Shown here: positions 46,501 to 54,486 of the stretch, piece by piece
Layout: every line of letters starts with the position of its first letter
How positions within the stretch are numbered: the first letter of the stretch is position 1
Origin: a virus
Lineage: Duplodnaviria > Caudoviricetes
Virus record (IMG/VR): IMGVR_UViG_3300020366_000001
Location: 96,001 to 160,000 of that record
Length of the DNA stretch: 64,000 nt
Strand: one strand, 5' to 3'
Program-made: the position numbers and the translations under genes
The notes under the pieces: model-generated
Seen by the model: the letters and a program-made list of their open reading frames with translations, nothing else
What the model was told of the DNA's origin: nothing
Database searches by the model: none

Positions 46501-47283
46501 AAACATAGTGATACGACCACAAACGGTAGAGTTAGGAAACTCATCATCTTGTGTACCAACGTTTGAGGTCTCACCAGCGTAAATAAACAACTGCTTCGGA
46601 GTTGTTTGCGTAATATCAATCTCAACTTTTGCACCAGAAGTACCAGGAGAACCAGTGCGGGTAACACCAGTAGTATACTCAGTACCACCATTGTGGGTAC
46701 CATCAGGAGTTGTACTAAATCTAGGGGTATAACCGAAAGTAGTAGAGGAGGATACATCCAAAACCACTTTGTGACCTGGCATCACATAAGTAATTTGCGG
46801 GTTTTGGTAGATCCCATTGTAGTAAAACTTAGGACCGTTGGCAGTATTGGTTACAGTGACTGTAAGACTGTAAAGGGTACCAGCACCAACGCTGAAGGGA
46901 ATAACGTTACCGTAATCAGAGGGTTTGATCTGCTGTTGCAGAAGATTATTGTCATCGCCAGCAACAGATACTGCAGATGCAGCATCAGCACGAGAGGTCT
47001 CTAAAAGAGTAGTAGCTCCAACATCTTCAATACCAAGTTCTTCGGCAGTTGGATCTTCACCTTTCAGTTCTCTGTCCCAAATGGCAGAGGTTACCTCAGG
47101 AAACTCATCACTTTTTAATACGGTAATGAAGTTATCGTCTTTAGAGGCGAAATCAAGAAAAATAGTCTTGAATGGTGTTAGTTCCGAGGTCGTATCTAAC
47201 GTCGTAAAGCGTTGTTTCGCTCTTTCGATAACAGCGCTGATCTGAGTTGCGTTAGATACCCTCGCAATAATTCTATTGCTCAT
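37594..47283 (-). CDS. Giant multidomain protein: S8 subtilisin protease + YHYH-like + cupredoxin-like domains (3229 aa)
   Basis: Triad VYVLDTG / NGHGTQCA / GTSFSTP; two HSxIxG.xDGYPIYGP...NGR.C.TP..P.GTYAYF units; several CxxHxxM motifs. Confidence 0.85.
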   Translation of the reverse strand: MSNRIIARVSNATQISAVIERAKQRFTTLDTTSELTPFKTIFLDFASKDDNFITVLKSDEFPEVTSAIWDRELKGEDPTAEELGIEDVGATTLLETSRADAASAVSVAGDDNNLLQQQIKPSDYGNVIPFSVGAGTLYSLTVTVTNTANGPKFYYNGIYQNPQITYVMPGHKVVLDVSSSTTFGYTPRFSTTPDGTHNGGTEYTTGVTRTGSPGTSGAKVEIDITQTTPKQLFIYAGETSNVGTQDDEFPNSTVCGRITMFSKWYLGRLTQQTNALDYGLYSYTEDGDGVDVYVLDTGIRGASRPTSATGANLHPELYHPDHVSDLNGATEQANYRVYEVPGFNSGYTVNGETNSNEDNNGHGTQCAICVGGLQHGLAHKARFYALKIFGAGNSGTLSAYVNALLAVVNHNDPNHPNYKGNGRPAIINASVGVGIPSEVYRYVPQNEPGFDSGAYEADTAMDDYEGYVVEQGITLVRSAGNGFGYNTKYGGFQAKFCPGPRTAGPQDYQYNMEGISDKISVGATGYINTFSTFSNYGSGVTTSAPGESIYIPQYFWNSNSPYNSIGSSYYTCIQGTSFSTPLTAGIIAQWMGKKGYQNKAVYEGKTLPRLAKEWIRREIDWDYERSYSGAVTAPVGQEYGGPSVTTYPTNDIDEITLDGVNTNISTSPQSNIINVTLGSEFARFNPSVGDRVQFRTPVSIPATDVITDVWVSSSESPTAAYYIAGGLLNVVSDNHPAPGSFGVFPSGGTAGYVSNLQIQNQGSGYTLVPTVSFSGGGGSGAAATANITLTGGAVTSITIDQPGSGYATAPTVNIDGDGTGATATATIALTGGGIETITVTNGGSGYNPLNLPIIAFSGGGGSGASATAVVQDGIITSITIDNPGSGYSAAPTVTVATPAPPNQGSTPLAPDGEFVSGGGSTTSASLNQTTQALTVVTDNLPQPALYGSFPNANNSYSISGQTYNHTFIYRGGRNIHKDGTADTTTAQDSIGIAINGIQLRHYSHGLNVDLPDGTGCPDGYTFNKVYNSTTFGADNGSGIVDSSGTYYYTNSSFLLNSWKGSSTTYTITVQNTANGNKYFLNGTETPNIILTEGNTYFFDQSDSSNTGYPLQISEAQDGVHTQGGSEYTIGIRYQGTPGDGITGTGTYLQLQPDSPNLFYFCSLYTGYGSGASVTTSASSTALPSHTTSDVTNATNHSPIIGFAYDGYPIYGPIGYNDPASPTTLARMQSSWNVRTQRTGTQYQGSTYTWGVTADDNLDFDFTGESTGTDVAIAANIGDNLVFNVNASYTTGGGGGSTPQTYNLVVTASSFSDYTISGSDRTGNISGSDPAIEINEGDTLNFTVSASGHPFHLKTAAGTGTGNQIAGVTNNGTQSGTVSWTPGNGSAGTYYYQCEFHGGMVGTITVNSSGGGGATTVTHPFWIQKVPAPYNPTQVVAQVTNNGNHNATILWNTTTAAAGTYYYVCENHAAMTGTITLSEPVGFAPSTTAYPLGSFVEDYVFVDDGHLDRRNGRFCITPEFPGGTYAYFMTMDASNQPEFPYILGDEYYGDAVTEADTAPANPVFEQPAAAGCTIGTQIGVVDTVTVDSGGVGYTYANVTFSGGGGTGAAATSNLSVLDGFVSSLTIDNPGSGYSVAPTVNIAAPNVGGGIQATAVATIAITAGNPNSIDDHAFNQNFNWRGGTNYKEVTPVDIPLRSANAFGITTTGVYLYHYSKEEGPTPGWTYNTVTNGNLVGEDAYGGFPNSSNVYGYNSSKLLSAYTSGTLTGSNYLSGTYFDLGYQTINYTLTVGGKTNAHVYFNQGSANGYILQGGTYSTPTEAPALEFTRGNTYIFNQDDASNDGHALYFSTTEDGIHGGGVRYETGVTYRLDGAAVDSVSYANGFNNASQRTVTFVVPLDAPNTFYYVCTNHEKMGNSVSVNSNVQGDYKRHPNGHSKILGMSFDGYPIYGPYGYSSEMDSSSSVIRMKTAYMLKLENRIPDMFANRPVLATYPYGSFIQDYEYQGNTNDMLEQTFIVQASAATTTGSGGRYYISGGGLTGNEEKPAFNFRKGRKYIFNLSDGSLTSHAMLFSTYGDAQAQGWHVSGQQTGDANAVYNDGVVYKLENAVVSYADYVAGFDTATLRSIEITPVSNAPQALFYFCYNHSNMGERIIVGDLDKDNGRYCVTPDYPNGTYAYFITEDQNSQPAFPYIMGEKFRANPVFPGETATTADSYVYDIGGIQFNVLQKQWHTITDVDSVNSRFQIEPAAASFTANVAEVGGNLIKVANLKGTRQESDGVQRWIDENPVGNKLYFQTEAQEDAGQGEGTAIDYLPVDKGVDGAGSGVVRGVVTPYINLLTTWYTPAGSLGTYNIGDTVNLQLGVSFLRTFANETIIDRDYTLTGDTIANTGLTFDTELGTLTGVLTNGTTLDLTLTVEENISGQTQTYTIQLTNVTTTTQDVEIVAQSGNRLVDYAAVGKKYGQPQDDDVWAENEWYARPFANRSFQAVLRQSAYENEKFEFLPYWQVWITRDGTSQWVNLNEYSLGPGTSCNGEELDLYEYNVSARNKYYSYQEKFEDVSDREVSMTTLIVKDFWSFANYYFRLKVRWRLTFDLVPSGNDYAVVVNNSGSTVFEVAKGATYRFDVSNAGWAGKNLEIRSAATSGTLTANITRYGTPGSAGAWVDIRIPENFSGSSIYFGQEGGTSFSTQHLDFTSTYTALTTSTVQLTATNLPAVPTQPNLTMNSGATAITASSFSVSTEYGALTHYPNTLPYQSSNRSPKAGRYPVQLLCTDQNIDYLWYKKVYTYDTSTGTKSYNWDTYENTYGSYIPLNSPHFRSRRDFGTNPTNYISSCSLDGVSVYENNYISFDEEFPLRVNWGGNLIEVPIESPSQLQPPLDNSGNVIRDTDLPCNGIPSGVNSPYSYQVVIDNGPTQSSISNEITLIPNPPELGMWWYQYANGWTGTVSNGYLRHDQGFVDNSLTCGDYFGNVMVRSFVIDVGSAPLSALPYIDINNLKIQDYYKGAQNLTVTNNGTQDVTCSYTIDAGQFTWRLRLINEFPYMETINNGARTIYTLNNATHANGPTVVNTGDFDTFTGQLATATGLLRECPFRGDTSINMPIDFSVKNDTSPAVFPARGTQKVYTLWVELVESPFDLVDLINLVAVADPCQDHTYDFAYTSNGACITPSNDYFCNFIKPLRDRNHAEQPIIGMDGVAQIKVTDGITPRALDFQIPAPWPVIFSYLGDCNPTCA

Positions 47284-47315
47284 TACCCGAATGAATACAG
47301 TACTTTCCCTGACCT

Positions 47316-47322
47316 TATTTAT
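47316..47322 (-). promoter_or_regulatory. T4-type late promoter ATAAATA
   Basis: 33 nt upstream of the giant gene, overlapping the upstream stop. Confidence 0.65.
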
Positions 47323-47996
47323 GACATCTCTGATCTATGTCGCATCAAATCCATACCTTGTTCATTGAGAGGTGAGTATAAACAATGATATTCATCCTCA
47401 TACTCCGTGCAATTAGGATGCTTCTCAATTAGTGCCTCTTTCGCTCGGCAATTTTGATACCAAAGATTCCGATCTATTTGGTCGCGAAACCAAGATTGAG
47501 ACCACCAAATACATACTTTTCTGCATCCTGAGGTAATTTTATTAACACGATGTCTCGTTCCTGTTGGATAGGAAATTGCCCATCCTTTGGGTAACTTATA
47601 TTCTAGGGTTTCTGTCCCCATCATCAAACAGAGTTCCCCTCCTTCGTATTCGTCAGGATCGTTTAAAAAGAGGGTTGTACTATAGTCACTACGAATACCA
47701 TTCATATATGCACTGTCAACGTGTTCCGCATAGTGCATTCCTTCTTCGTACTTAGTAAATAGCGGAGGAGACATATGCCTAACAGACATATAAGATACTA
47801 CCTCCTTCTTTTCACCTAAACAATCAAAAATTAACTTCCAAGCATCATCTGCAGTATCATCTGTTATCTGCTCATTATCTTTTTGTTTTTTATTTGAAGA
47901 TCCAGTATGTTTACCATCAATCCAAATACCTGTGTTCAAAATGTCGAGCAGATTTTTGCAGCGAACACCATTCACCAGTTCATAACGAAAAAACAT
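47319..47996 (-). CDS. PKHD-type 2OG-Fe(II) hydroxylase (PiuC/YbiX-like)
   Basis: PPLF.KY..G..Y..HVD...RSD.S.TLFL.DP.EY.GGEL...HRV..ITSG.R...W.QS. Confidence 0.85.
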   Translation of the reverse strand: MFFRYELVNGVRCKNLLDILNTGIWIDGKHTGSSNKKQKDNEQITDDTADDAWKLIFDCLGEKKEVVSYMSVRHMSPPLFTKYEEGMHYAEHVDSAYMNGIRSDYSTTLFLNDPDEYEGGELCLMMGTETLEYKLPKGWAISYPTGTRHRVNKITSGCRKVCIWWSQSWFRDQIDRNLWYQNCRAKEALIEKHPNCTEYEDEYHCLYSPLNEQGMDLMRHRSEMS

Positions 47997-47998
47997 AT

Positions 47999-48643
47999 TT
48001 AGGCAACAAAATTAGGGTCGTCGGGACTTACAGGAAAACCTGGCCACGTATCGGGATTGTATGGATCATCTAATAAACTAGGGAAGTCACGTAGTTGTTG
48101 TCTATACGATCTCCACTTAGCTTTGTCTTCATCAGACAGTTGACAATCAGGAAGTTGTGTCCAGTCGCATCTTTTAAGTTTTAGTTTACGCTCACTTCTA
48201 ACTTCAGCAATCGACATCGGAACACCAGCATATTTAAGAGAAAATGCCTCTAAGTCAGCTGTTTCCTGTGCAATTTGTTTTGCGACTGCTTCATCTTCGT
48301 CTTCCTTAGCTTTCTGATATTTGTCAACCAGATCACGTGCTACTTTCGCTACCTTCTTCGCTTCAGATAAACTTTCGGGTTTCGATTCGTTGTAATGACG
48401 AGGAAGTACACCCGTATAGTCTGTCTTTTCTACAGCGTAAGAATCAGGATTTTCCCAGAAATATAATCGGTTAAGTTGATCTACATCAGGAATATGCCAC
48501 GAACCTGTGATGGCAGGCATAATAACGCTATTCCATTCCGATTCTTCAATATCGTGCGTGATCACACCATCAGCGTGTCCACGGGCAATTCTTTTCAGAT
48601 CAACCCACAGGATGACATATGCGTCATTAAAATCTCTTGCCAT
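47999..48643 (-). CDS. Tail fibre assembly chaperone
   Basis: VR.ER..L..CDWTQLPD......W..YRQ.LRD.P. Confidence 0.85.
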   Translation of the reverse strand: MARDFNDAYVILWVDLKRIARGHADGVITHDIEESEWNSVIMPAITGSWHIPDVDQLNRLYFWENPDSYAVEKTDYTGVLPRHYNESKPESLSEAKKVAKVARDLVDKYQKAKEDEDEAVAKQIAQETADLEAFSLKYAGVPMSIAEVRSERKLKLKRCDWTQLPDCQLSDEDKAKWRSYRQQLRDFPSLLDDPYNPDTWPGFPVSPDDPNFVA

Positions 48644-48647
48644 TGTC

Positions 48648-49304
48648 TTAAGCGTTTAAGTGATACCAACCTGTCAAAATATATTTATCTCCCTTGAAAA
48701 GCAAGTTTCCTCGATGAGTATGTGTAAAACTTGCTGGCCAAATAGTTACAGTTCCTTTTGTAGGATTAATCCTACGTTTTTGATAAAAGAACTCAGTCTC
48801 GCCACCATCTTCAGGAGGAATATCATTCAGATAAATTGCCCACACAAGCATTCTATGGCAATGTTGTAAACCACCTGCCTCATAGTGCCATACGTGATAA
48901 CCACCACCAGCTGGAGTATGCTGAAATTTAACAGCATTGGACATCAAAGACTCGTGAGAAATTTGCCCATACTCGTGCAAATAATGACCCAAACAAGATT
49001 GAATGTGTTGGTTACAATGAGATGTCAGATCATTATCATTATGATTTACAAGAATTTGTGTATCTTGACGCCCTGACGAACCGTTAGGAAACTGGTGACG
49101 ACCATCTCCTAAGTTAGTATATGATGCTGAACTTGGATCTCTCTGACGATTATACCACTCAATGTACTTATCACAAACAGATGCTGACATAAAGTTTGGC
49201 CAGACACCAATCCAATCAGAAAAAGATGCCTTGGTGACATTTTCATCCAACATTAATTCCAAAGGTCGGAATGGAATACATTCCGTTTCACTAGTCATTT
49301 GCAT
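48648..49304 (-). CDS. 2OG-Fe(II) oxygenase (prolyl-4-hydroxylase-like)
   Basis: GGYHVWHYE...YLND...GGETEF...WPA.FTHTHRGN...KYI.TGW. Confidence 0.9.
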   Translation of the reverse strand: MQMTSETECIPFRPLELMLDENVTKASFSDWIGVWPNFMSASVCDKYIEWYNRQRDPSSASYTNLGDGRHQFPNGSSGRQDTQILVNHNDNDLTSHCNQHIQSCLGHYLHEYGQISHESLMSNAVKFQHTPAGGGYHVWHYEAGGLQHCHRMLVWAIYLNDIPPEDGGETEFFYQKRRINPTKGTVTIWPASFTHTHRGNLLFKGDKYILTGWYHLNA

Positions 49305-49310
49305 TAGTTA

Positions 49311-52259
49311 TCAGGGATATATTGAAGTTCCACACTCATCAAAAGTTCCAATTAAACCACCCTTAGCAGCAAATACTGCCAAGGCATTACTAGAATTAAA
49401 TCCAATACCATTTGCATCATTGGAGATTGCAGTATTCAGATCAGAAAGACTAGTCATAGTTGCGGTATTGATGAACGCATTTACCCATCCATCAAAAGCG
49501 GTGTCGTGTGGCAATGTCGATAGTATATTAGCATAAGATGTATGCACTTGTCCAAACACTTGTCCATATGTGATGGAACCCTTAGCAATTTGCGAAGTAT
49601 AAGCAGTGCTGTAATTACTGGAATCCTCAACAAAATTAAGGGTTTCTTGATCGCCATTTGCAAATGATTGATACCCAGCCTTAGTAGTAGCATAACCATT
49701 AGCAGTCGTACCAGTTCCAGGAACACAAACAACAGTCACATTAGCACTAGCGTCATCCTCACCAGCAGCATTTTCAACCGTAATTGTATAATTTGTAGTG
49801 GTGGTAGGAGATACTGTTGTACTACCAGAAGTTGTTGTTGCTCCAAAATTAGAACTTTTGACACCAGTTGCTCCAGTAGAACTCCAAGTCAAGGTAGAGG
49901 AAGTAACCTGAGGACTTGAACCGCCACCAATATTCAATGTCGTGGGACTAGCAGTCAAAGTAACTGCTGGAGGTTGAAGTACACTAACTGTTACACTATT
50001 CGTAGCCGTCACGCCAGAAGCATTAGTTGCAGTTATAGTATAAACTGTAGTGGCAGTAGGGTATACAACAGTAGTACCAGACAGATCTGTCAAGGCATTC
50101 CAAGTAGCATCAGTAGGTGCGGAACTGAATGCAACAGTGGAAGCATTAGAAGTAGCCCAAGTAATTGCTGAGTTTGGTGCATCTTCACCCGTTTCACCTG
50201 TATTATTGATTGCTGAAGGATCTGCAGAGATAGAAACAGTCGCTGCAGGAGGATCCTGAACAGTTACGGTTACATCTGCAGTGTTTGGTCCCTGAGCATT
50301 TGACAACGTAATAGTGTATGTCTTTGTTTCAGTTCCCGTTTGCGTAATATAACCGCTGACAGCATTTCCTGAAGTAGCAATACTATTACCATCATCATCG
50401 ACAATGGAAACAAATGTGCTGGCATTTTCAGAATACCACGACAATAAGAAACTACCATTATACTCTACGGTAGACGGATTAGCACTAAAATCAATTACAG
50501 GTATGGTTGGCGTATTAACCGTAACTGTTTCAGTTGCAGTATTATCACCGTGACTATTTTGTACTGTAATACTATAATTTGTAGTGGTGGTAGGGGTGAC
50601 GCTGGTGGATCCACTTGCTGATAAAGATCCAGGACTACTAGACCAACTAGCATCAGTAACTGTATAAGATCCACCAACAGGTCCAGTCCAAGTTAATGTA
50701 GAAGATTCCCCACTATCAATTTCATCGGGGGATGCTGATAAAGTAATACCAGGAACAACAGCATACTCCACATTAATATTCACAGTGATTCTAAGAACAC
50801 CATTCCTCCTAACCTCACACTTATACTTAACTACATCGCCTCCAACTGTACCACCCTGTAGAGACATCGAAACGATATCATTAACTCTATATCCAGACTT
50901 AGCAGTGGTACCTGTTCCACCAACGTTGATCGGATCAGAAGAAGCAACCGTTGCACCATCAACTCTAGTAACTTCCACATCGAATTGATATCCATTATCG
51001 CATTCATCAAGTTCAAACTGTGCTGTTGCAAATGCATCAGATGACGTGGTAGTAACCGTCATCGATGTAATAGTCGTACCTCCTGGTATCGATTTCGCTA
51101 CTGGGAGATCATCTCCCGCCTGAACATATTGAATAGGAGAAGTAAGTGCTTCCACTGCAGTACCGCAGTAGATCATAAACTTGCAAGATTGATACTCAGG
51201 ACTAATATCAGGATCAGTATCTAATCCAATATTCGCAGATACTTTAGGGGTAATTTGGGTACCATCAAATGCTGCCGCGGCCATATTGGCAGAACACTTG
51301 GAGGAAGTTGGTTGAATAGTACATCTGCCATTATTAATCTCAATATTGCCTTCATTAACATTATTGGCATTCACGCAATAGGCACTATACCATTGTTCGG
51401 CACCAGGAAGAATTGATGCATCTTGGTGAGCATTCTGCGCTCTGTTACCAATAGAATCTCCCCATCCTCTATGATAAGAAGTTGTGTTGACAATACCACC
51501 CTTAAAAGAAATCCAATGTGAATGCGGATAAGGAGTGTCAAAACCAGTATCACCCTGTAAAGTGTATTCGGTAGTGAAATTAGAGGATCCCTTAACTCTA
51601 CCGTGCTGACCACCAGGAGAACATCTATCAAGTTGATTGACAGTAGGACCAAGAGTTGTAGTATAAGGTTTATCACCGTGCCTACCTTGCAAGATACCTG
51701 TATTCTTTACATTATGTGAGTGAGGAGGATATGATGGGGTACTGTATTCCGATAAATGACCAGACTGTAAAGTTAAACTACCTGAAGATTGAGAAAAACT
51801 AAAACTAGCATTACCCGTTCTAGTAGTGTTGTAGGTAATTTGAGTTGTACCTGCGGTGACACTGATAATCGTTCTTAAATCATCTACCTTAACAGTATTC
51901 TTACCACCTGTACTTCCAATTTGCAAAATACTTCCATCACTATCAAATTGCTCAAGTGACGGCGCAGTAGAAGTTCCAGGTCTTAAAGATCCCGATCCAA
52001 CAACTCTTCTATCTCTTAAGTCTGGAAGATTAAAATTGCCACTTAGACTCGGATAATCACCAGTTGTGGTACCACCATACGTATTTCCAATAATTTGATA
52101 TAAAGCAAAGTATTGATTTGGATCTAAACTATCTCCTTCACATTGCCTCCATCCAGTAGGAGCATAATAATCTCCACTACTATCCTTCGGCATCACACAA
52201 ATAGTGCCGATCTGTACGCCAGACCAAGAAGGAGAAGTTTCGGAATAATACTTTGCCAT
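49311..52259 (-). CDS. Tail collar-domain fibre protein with C-terminal Ig/PKD-like repeats (982 aa)
   Basis: IGTI...PTGW..C.G.....Y..LY.IIG.TYG...FNLPDLR; four SA.P..I...STLTW repeats. Confidence 0.85.
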   Translation of the reverse strand: MAKYYSETSPSWSGVQIGTICVMPKDSSGDYYAPTGWRQCEGDSLDPNQYFALYQIIGNTYGGTTTGDYPSLSGNFNLPDLRDRRVVGSGSLRPGTSTAPSLEQFDSDGSILQIGSTGGKNTVKVDDLRTIISVTAGTTQITYNTTRTGNASFSFSQSSGSLTLQSGHLSEYSTPSYPPHSHNVKNTGILQGRHGDKPYTTTLGPTVNQLDRCSPGGQHGRVKGSSNFTTEYTLQGDTGFDTPYPHSHWISFKGGIVNTTSYHRGWGDSIGNRAQNAHQDASILPGAEQWYSAYCVNANNVNEGNIEINNGRCTIQPTSSKCSANMAAAAFDGTQITPKVSANIGLDTDPDISPEYQSCKFMIYCGTAVEALTSPIQYVQAGDDLPVAKSIPGGTTITSMTVTTTSSDAFATAQFELDECDNGYQFDVEVTRVDGATVASSDPINVGGTGTTAKSGYRVNDIVSMSLQGGTVGGDVVKYKCEVRRNGVLRITVNINVEYAVVPGITLSASPDEIDSGESSTLTWTGPVGGSYTVTDASWSSSPGSLSASGSTSVTPTTTTNYSITVQNSHGDNTATETVTVNTPTIPVIDFSANPSTVEYNGSFLLSWYSENASTFVSIVDDDGNSIATSGNAVSGYITQTGTETKTYTITLSNAQGPNTADVTVTVQDPPAATVSISADPSAINNTGETGEDAPNSAITWATSNASTVAFSSAPTDATWNALTDLSGTTVVYPTATTVYTITATNASGVTATNSVTVSVLQPPAVTLTASPTTLNIGGGSSPQVTSSTLTWSSTGATGVKSSNFGATTTSGSTTVSPTTTTNYTITVENAAGEDDASANVTVVCVPGTGTTANGYATTKAGYQSFANGDQETLNFVEDSSNYSTAYTSQIAKGSITYGQVFGQVHTSYANILSTLPHDTAFDGWVNAFINTATMTSLSDLNTAISNDANGIGFNSSNALAVFAAKGGLIGTFDECGTSIYP

Positions 52260-52260
52260 T

Positions 52261-54486
52261 TTAGTACTTGATGATATACTCCATCACGATGAATGGAGAA
52301 GATAATTCGTTAATAGACGCTGCTTCATTATCAGTAATGCTACAGGTTACTCCTGTTCCTGTCATATCAATATCGAAAGAAGACATATTGAAGTTCAGTG
52401 ATGCAGACACAGAATAAGAAGACAAACTATGGTTGTGAGTAATATTACCCTGTGGGGCGATACCAACAACATTAACTTCACACGGTTGCGTAACAACTTC
52501 ACCGACCGAGGTTACCACACCATCCCCTTGAATAGAGGAGTCGAATTGCATCGTCTTAGTGTTTGTAACCCTGAATTCAAGTCCGTGATCGTGCTCAGCA
52601 GTACCACCAATATCAATAGTTTCCGTAGAAACTACAACCCCGCTACCAGAAGATTGAACAGTATTAACTATTTCTTTCTCTAAGACTATTTTATATATTC
52701 CGTAAACATCACCTGAGTTTGGGTGCGCCGCCTTAAAGGCACTTATATAATTAGGATCCTCATATCCACCATCATCAGATGCAATAGTCATAGGATTTTT
52801 AATCCTAATTGCGCCATCACCAGTGCTCTTGATATTGTAAGGAGATGGAAATGTTACCTTATCATTATTACCATACCCTTGACCACCGTACACAACCTCT
52901 TTAACGTTAATACGAGTGTTTTTGTTTGGGTTTCCACCAGAACCAGGAAGAGGAGTTATTTTTGCTTTAATTCGCAGACCAGATCCATTTCCAGTTACAT
53001 TCACCATATCAAATGTCTGGTAACTACTAACTGGCGATGTGCCATCATCCCAATCAGGTGGGGTGTTACCACCAGCAGTATTATCAAAATTTTCACCTGG
53101 CTGACATCTAGACCAGTTCGTGGTAGCTCCATTGCCCTCAGATGCACGACCGTTGGCATATGGTAAACTAACCCCAGCATTTTGATATACGGAATCATCC
53201 ATATAAAGATCCGCATTCACTTCAATCCAGTTTGAATTGCCATCTCTTTGGAAGTCTCTACGCACAACACCAGCGACAGATTGACCAGGCGCACCGATAT
53301 TCATCGCATTGAGGTAACTTCTGTTGACTTCGACTACATCACCTCTAGATTTAAATCTAATCTTCTTATTATTTTTACGTTGGTCAGGAGGAACATCAAA
53401 AGAAAATGCATCCCATAGTCCGTGGTCTTGATTATATTTCTGTCTATCTGGGTGTTGTGGGTGATTTCCGAAAGCAGGTATACAAGTAACCCAATCTCCG
53501 CCACCAACTCTAATTTGCAAATCTTCGTTGGTATCATTCGGTCTTTCACCACCGTTCATATCTGTGCCCGCCATTGCATACACAGTTACTCTCAAAACAT
53601 CTCTTAAATCAACATCGACTTCTGCAGATCGTTCATTAACAAGAGAACCCTGCAAAGTACCTAAAGACAAGTATTGCAAATTAGGATGATCCGTTGGAAC
53701 AGTAAATCCAGACATCTCATCAATTGAGGTATCCCCCCTTGCAGCTCCGTAACTGTCAGGGTCTGGTTGAAATCCATCGTGACTATTTCTATACGACCAA
53801 CCCTGACCGCCTGTATAGGAGGAAGAATTTTTACCATTACGAATTGCAGCACCATTCATAGAAGAAACGGTAGAATTCGTCATATAAATTGTTTGACCAC
53901 TAGTAGATACGCTTTCTGTATCACCCGCATCACCCGCTGATGCACCAGTAACGGTGACTTTGGGATTTCCTCTCATAGTGCCATTAGACACCGCAGGAAC
54001 TTTAGCGCTTCCGTTAAGACTAGCGGTGGCAGTAGTCTGAATTGTATGTTGATATCCAACACCAGCTCTCTCAACTACAGATCCACTAACCAGATCCCCC
54101 ATAAACTGCTGACCAGCAGTTTGTCCTGGTTTTAGAGTTTTAGATCCTAAATTAGGAACACAAAACGTTCCACCAGTAAAATTGCCCGCTGCATCAAATG
54201 TCGGATCTAATAAACTCGCTCCAGCATTTGCTGGAGAAAATCTACATCCAGGTACGTTAGTAGTTACTCCATCAACAGTAACGCTTCCTCCGTTAGGTCC
54301 AACACCAATAATTCTTGCTAGCGCAGGATAGAGATTTGCTTGCAGAATTGTACCGTCACAACGAATATATCCTGCTGGTACTTTATTTCTTTTATCAGTA
54401 TCATTCTGAACTGCCGAACTAAACGGCATAATCATACCAGGAGCAACACCCTGAGCACCTTTAATTGCTGAATATGACTTTGCCAT
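52261..54486 (-). CDS. Tail collar-domain fibre protein (741 aa)
   Basis: PGMIMPF...PAGYIRCDG...YPALARIIG...F.VPNL; C-terminal PFIVMEYIIKY. Confidence 0.85.
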   Translation of the reverse strand: MAKSYSAIKGAQGVAPGMIMPFSSAVQNDTDKRNKVPAGYIRCDGTILQANLYPALARIIGVGPNGGSVTVDGVTTNVPGCRFSPANAGASLLDPTFDAAGNFTGGTFCVPNLGSKTLKPGQTAGQQFMGDLVSGSVVERAGVGYQHTIQTTATASLNGSAKVPAVSNGTMRGNPKVTVTGASAGDAGDTESVSTSGQTIYMTNSTVSSMNGAAIRNGKNSSSYTGGQGWSYRNSHDGFQPDPDSYGAARGDTSIDEMSGFTVPTDHPNLQYLSLGTLQGSLVNERSAEVDVDLRDVLRVTVYAMAGTDMNGGERPNDTNEDLQIRVGGGDWVTCIPAFGNHPQHPDRQKYNQDHGLWDAFSFDVPPDQRKNNKKIRFKSRGDVVEVNRSYLNAMNIGAPGQSVAGVVRRDFQRDGNSNWIEVNADLYMDDSVYQNAGVSLPYANGRASEGNGATTNWSRCQPGENFDNTAGGNTPPDWDDGTSPVSSYQTFDMVNVTGNGSGLRIKAKITPLPGSGGNPNKNTRINVKEVVYGGQGYGNNDKVTFPSPYNIKSTGDGAIRIKNPMTIASDDGGYEDPNYISAFKAAHPNSGDVYGIYKIVLEKEIVNTVQSSGSGVVVSTETIDIGGTAEHDHGLEFRVTNTKTMQFDSSIQGDGVVTSVGEVVTQPCEVNVVGIAPQGNITHNHSLSSYSVSASLNFNMSSFDIDMTGTGVTCSITDNEAASINELSSPFIVMEYIIKY

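Noticed and set aside
37594-47283. Inteins in the giant protein
   Set aside because: The inserts lack Hint-domain termini (C...HN) and LAGLIDADG motifs; they are cupredoxin-like modules.
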